The notes below the pieces were generated by a model that had not been told where the DNA came from, did not search any database, and was given only the letters and a program-made list of their open reading frames with translations. 64,000 bases of DNA from Octopus sinensis (taxonomy: Eukaryota): positions 85,870,001 to 85,934,000 of the forward strand of contig NC_042998.1 in NCBI RefSeq assembly GCF_006345805.1, read 5' to 3'. A program made the translations under genes and the position numbers. Each line of letters starts with the position of its first letter. Within the stretch, counting starts at the first letter, position 1. Positions 62,382 to 64,000 of this stretch are shown piece after piece.

Positions 62382-63429
62382 GTCTAAGGTATGACTACAA
62401 ATTAGAACTGCTTTAGACAGTAACAATTCGTCTAGCCCATATGGCAAAGAAAAATATGTGTAAATGGTAACAATGATATTGATGATTATGATGATTATGA
62501 TGATTATGATGGTGATGATGATGATGATGATGACAATGGTGATGACAATGATGACAACAACTATGACGACAATAACATCAATGATAACAATAATGATGAA
62601 TATGATAAGACCAAATGAATTTAATGACTGCAATGAATAGTAGCTACTTCACCTTAAAATGTTTTGAAGCAATTACTCTTTAAAAGTGTCAACACAAGTA
62701 TTTTATTTTCAATTGTTAATAAGCAAGGCGTGAATACAAATTTCATTTTAATATATGTTATGAAGTAAAACTTGTTTTACTTTTCTTTTCTATTTATAAA
62801 ATTGTTTAGACCCAAATACAAGTTAACACAAACAATAATATGAATAATTTTCCTTTTTATAGAAATTTTAGATATATATTTTTTGACAATAGAGGAAAAA
62901 TTCAAGAACATAAAGTCATATAGTTCATTTGTGTGTTTCACATTTTATACACTATTTATAGACATTGTACACTGTCATTTAAAATATGAGGAGTTTCGTT
63001 TGTATAACATCCATTTTTTGCTGCTAGCATAGGTTTGATGGGGAGTTATTGGAGGCAGGAATTTTTGGTTAGATGCTCTTCCTGTTGCCAACCTTTATCT
63101 ATTTTCTAAATAAAAGATAATTTTTGAATTTCACTAGCCTTTGAAAGTGTGGAGCAACAGGTCATAATGTCAAAATGGGATGGAGACATCATTCGTCACT
63201 TTGCTCAACAGAAGCCATAGGATGCTGACATTCACGCATTCACATACACACACACACACACTCACACACACGATGGGCTTCTTACAGTTTCTGGCTATCA
63301 AATTCACTCCCAAACCCTTTTTTGGTCCCATGCTGTAGTAGATGGTATTTTCCACCCAGGGGAACTTGAACCTAAGCACACAGCTATGCCTGCACCTAAT
63401 TAAAATGATTTCCTAAAATTTCTTTGCAG

Positions 63430-64000
63430 TCAACACATACAACAATTGCAGTTTCAACTACCAACATTGGCAGTGAAACATGGGTTGTGACTGCTGAGGA
63501 CATGCTTAAGCTTGAAAGAAATGAAGCCAGTATGCTCCGCTGGATTTGTAATATCAGTGCATATACAACAGAGTGTAAGCGCCCTGAGAGAAAAGTTGGA
63601 CTTAAGAAGCATCAGATGTGATATGCAAGAGAAACGATTGCACTGGTATGGTCATGTGTTGCAAATGGATGAGGACAGCACTCAAATGGTGCTTTTTACT
63701 TGCCCCTGGTACAGGTACCAGTCAGGCAGCTCTGGCATCAGCCATGACAACTATTTCACTCAGTTCAACAGGTCTTCACAAGCACAGCATATCAACCTAC
63801 AATTCAATACTATGATCTCACATGGCTTGCTGTGTTTTTTCAAGCATGGCATATCTCCAAAGGTCTCAGTTGCTTGTCATTGCCTCTGTCAATCCAATGT
63901 TCGAAGGTTATGCTTCACCACCTATTCCGCAGGTTCCCTCCACTGTTAGGGTGTGACACTTCTTCACTCAGCTGTCCTCGTCCATATGCATCACATGACC
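63430..64000. mobile_element. RTE fragments: RT C-terminus on + (63430-63690) joined to an RTE 3' region on - (63690-64000)
   Basis: GSETWVVTAEDMLKLERNEASMLRW, RLHWYGHVLQMDEDS; the minus part matches 58150-58450. Confidence 0.75.

Overview
AT-rich, repeat-saturated animal genomic DNA. The SINE, RTE and R4/Dong repeat families look like those of a coleoid cephalopod, probably Octopus; this is inferred from family recognition, not a database hit. The only supportable host coding sequence is three minus-strand exons (10644-11195, 3460-3777, 2432-2479). All are phase 1 at both ends with canonical AG/GT sites, and they splice into a ~306-codon piece of an extracellular, heavily N-glycosylated, Ser/Thr-rich, Cys-containing protein that I do not recognise. 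Its 5' and 3' exons were not found. The rest is intron or intergenic DNA filled with transposon fossils: head-to-tail chains of R4/Dong-type REL LINEs in (AAT)n tracts, RTE and CR1-like LINE ends, Penelope-like GIY-YIG remnants, a Gypsy remnant, Tc1/mariner, hAT, pogo-type MITE and Chapaev3-like DNA transposons, several SINE families, foldback elements and microsatellites. The most unusual signals are a variant minimal hammerhead ribozyme motif inside a perfect inverted duplication (~59.1-59.5 kb), a TAA-flanked non-coding element that accompanies Dong copies, and the unrecognised mucin-stalk gene. No tRNA/rRNA genes or CRISPR arrays. Most repeat boundaries are approximate.
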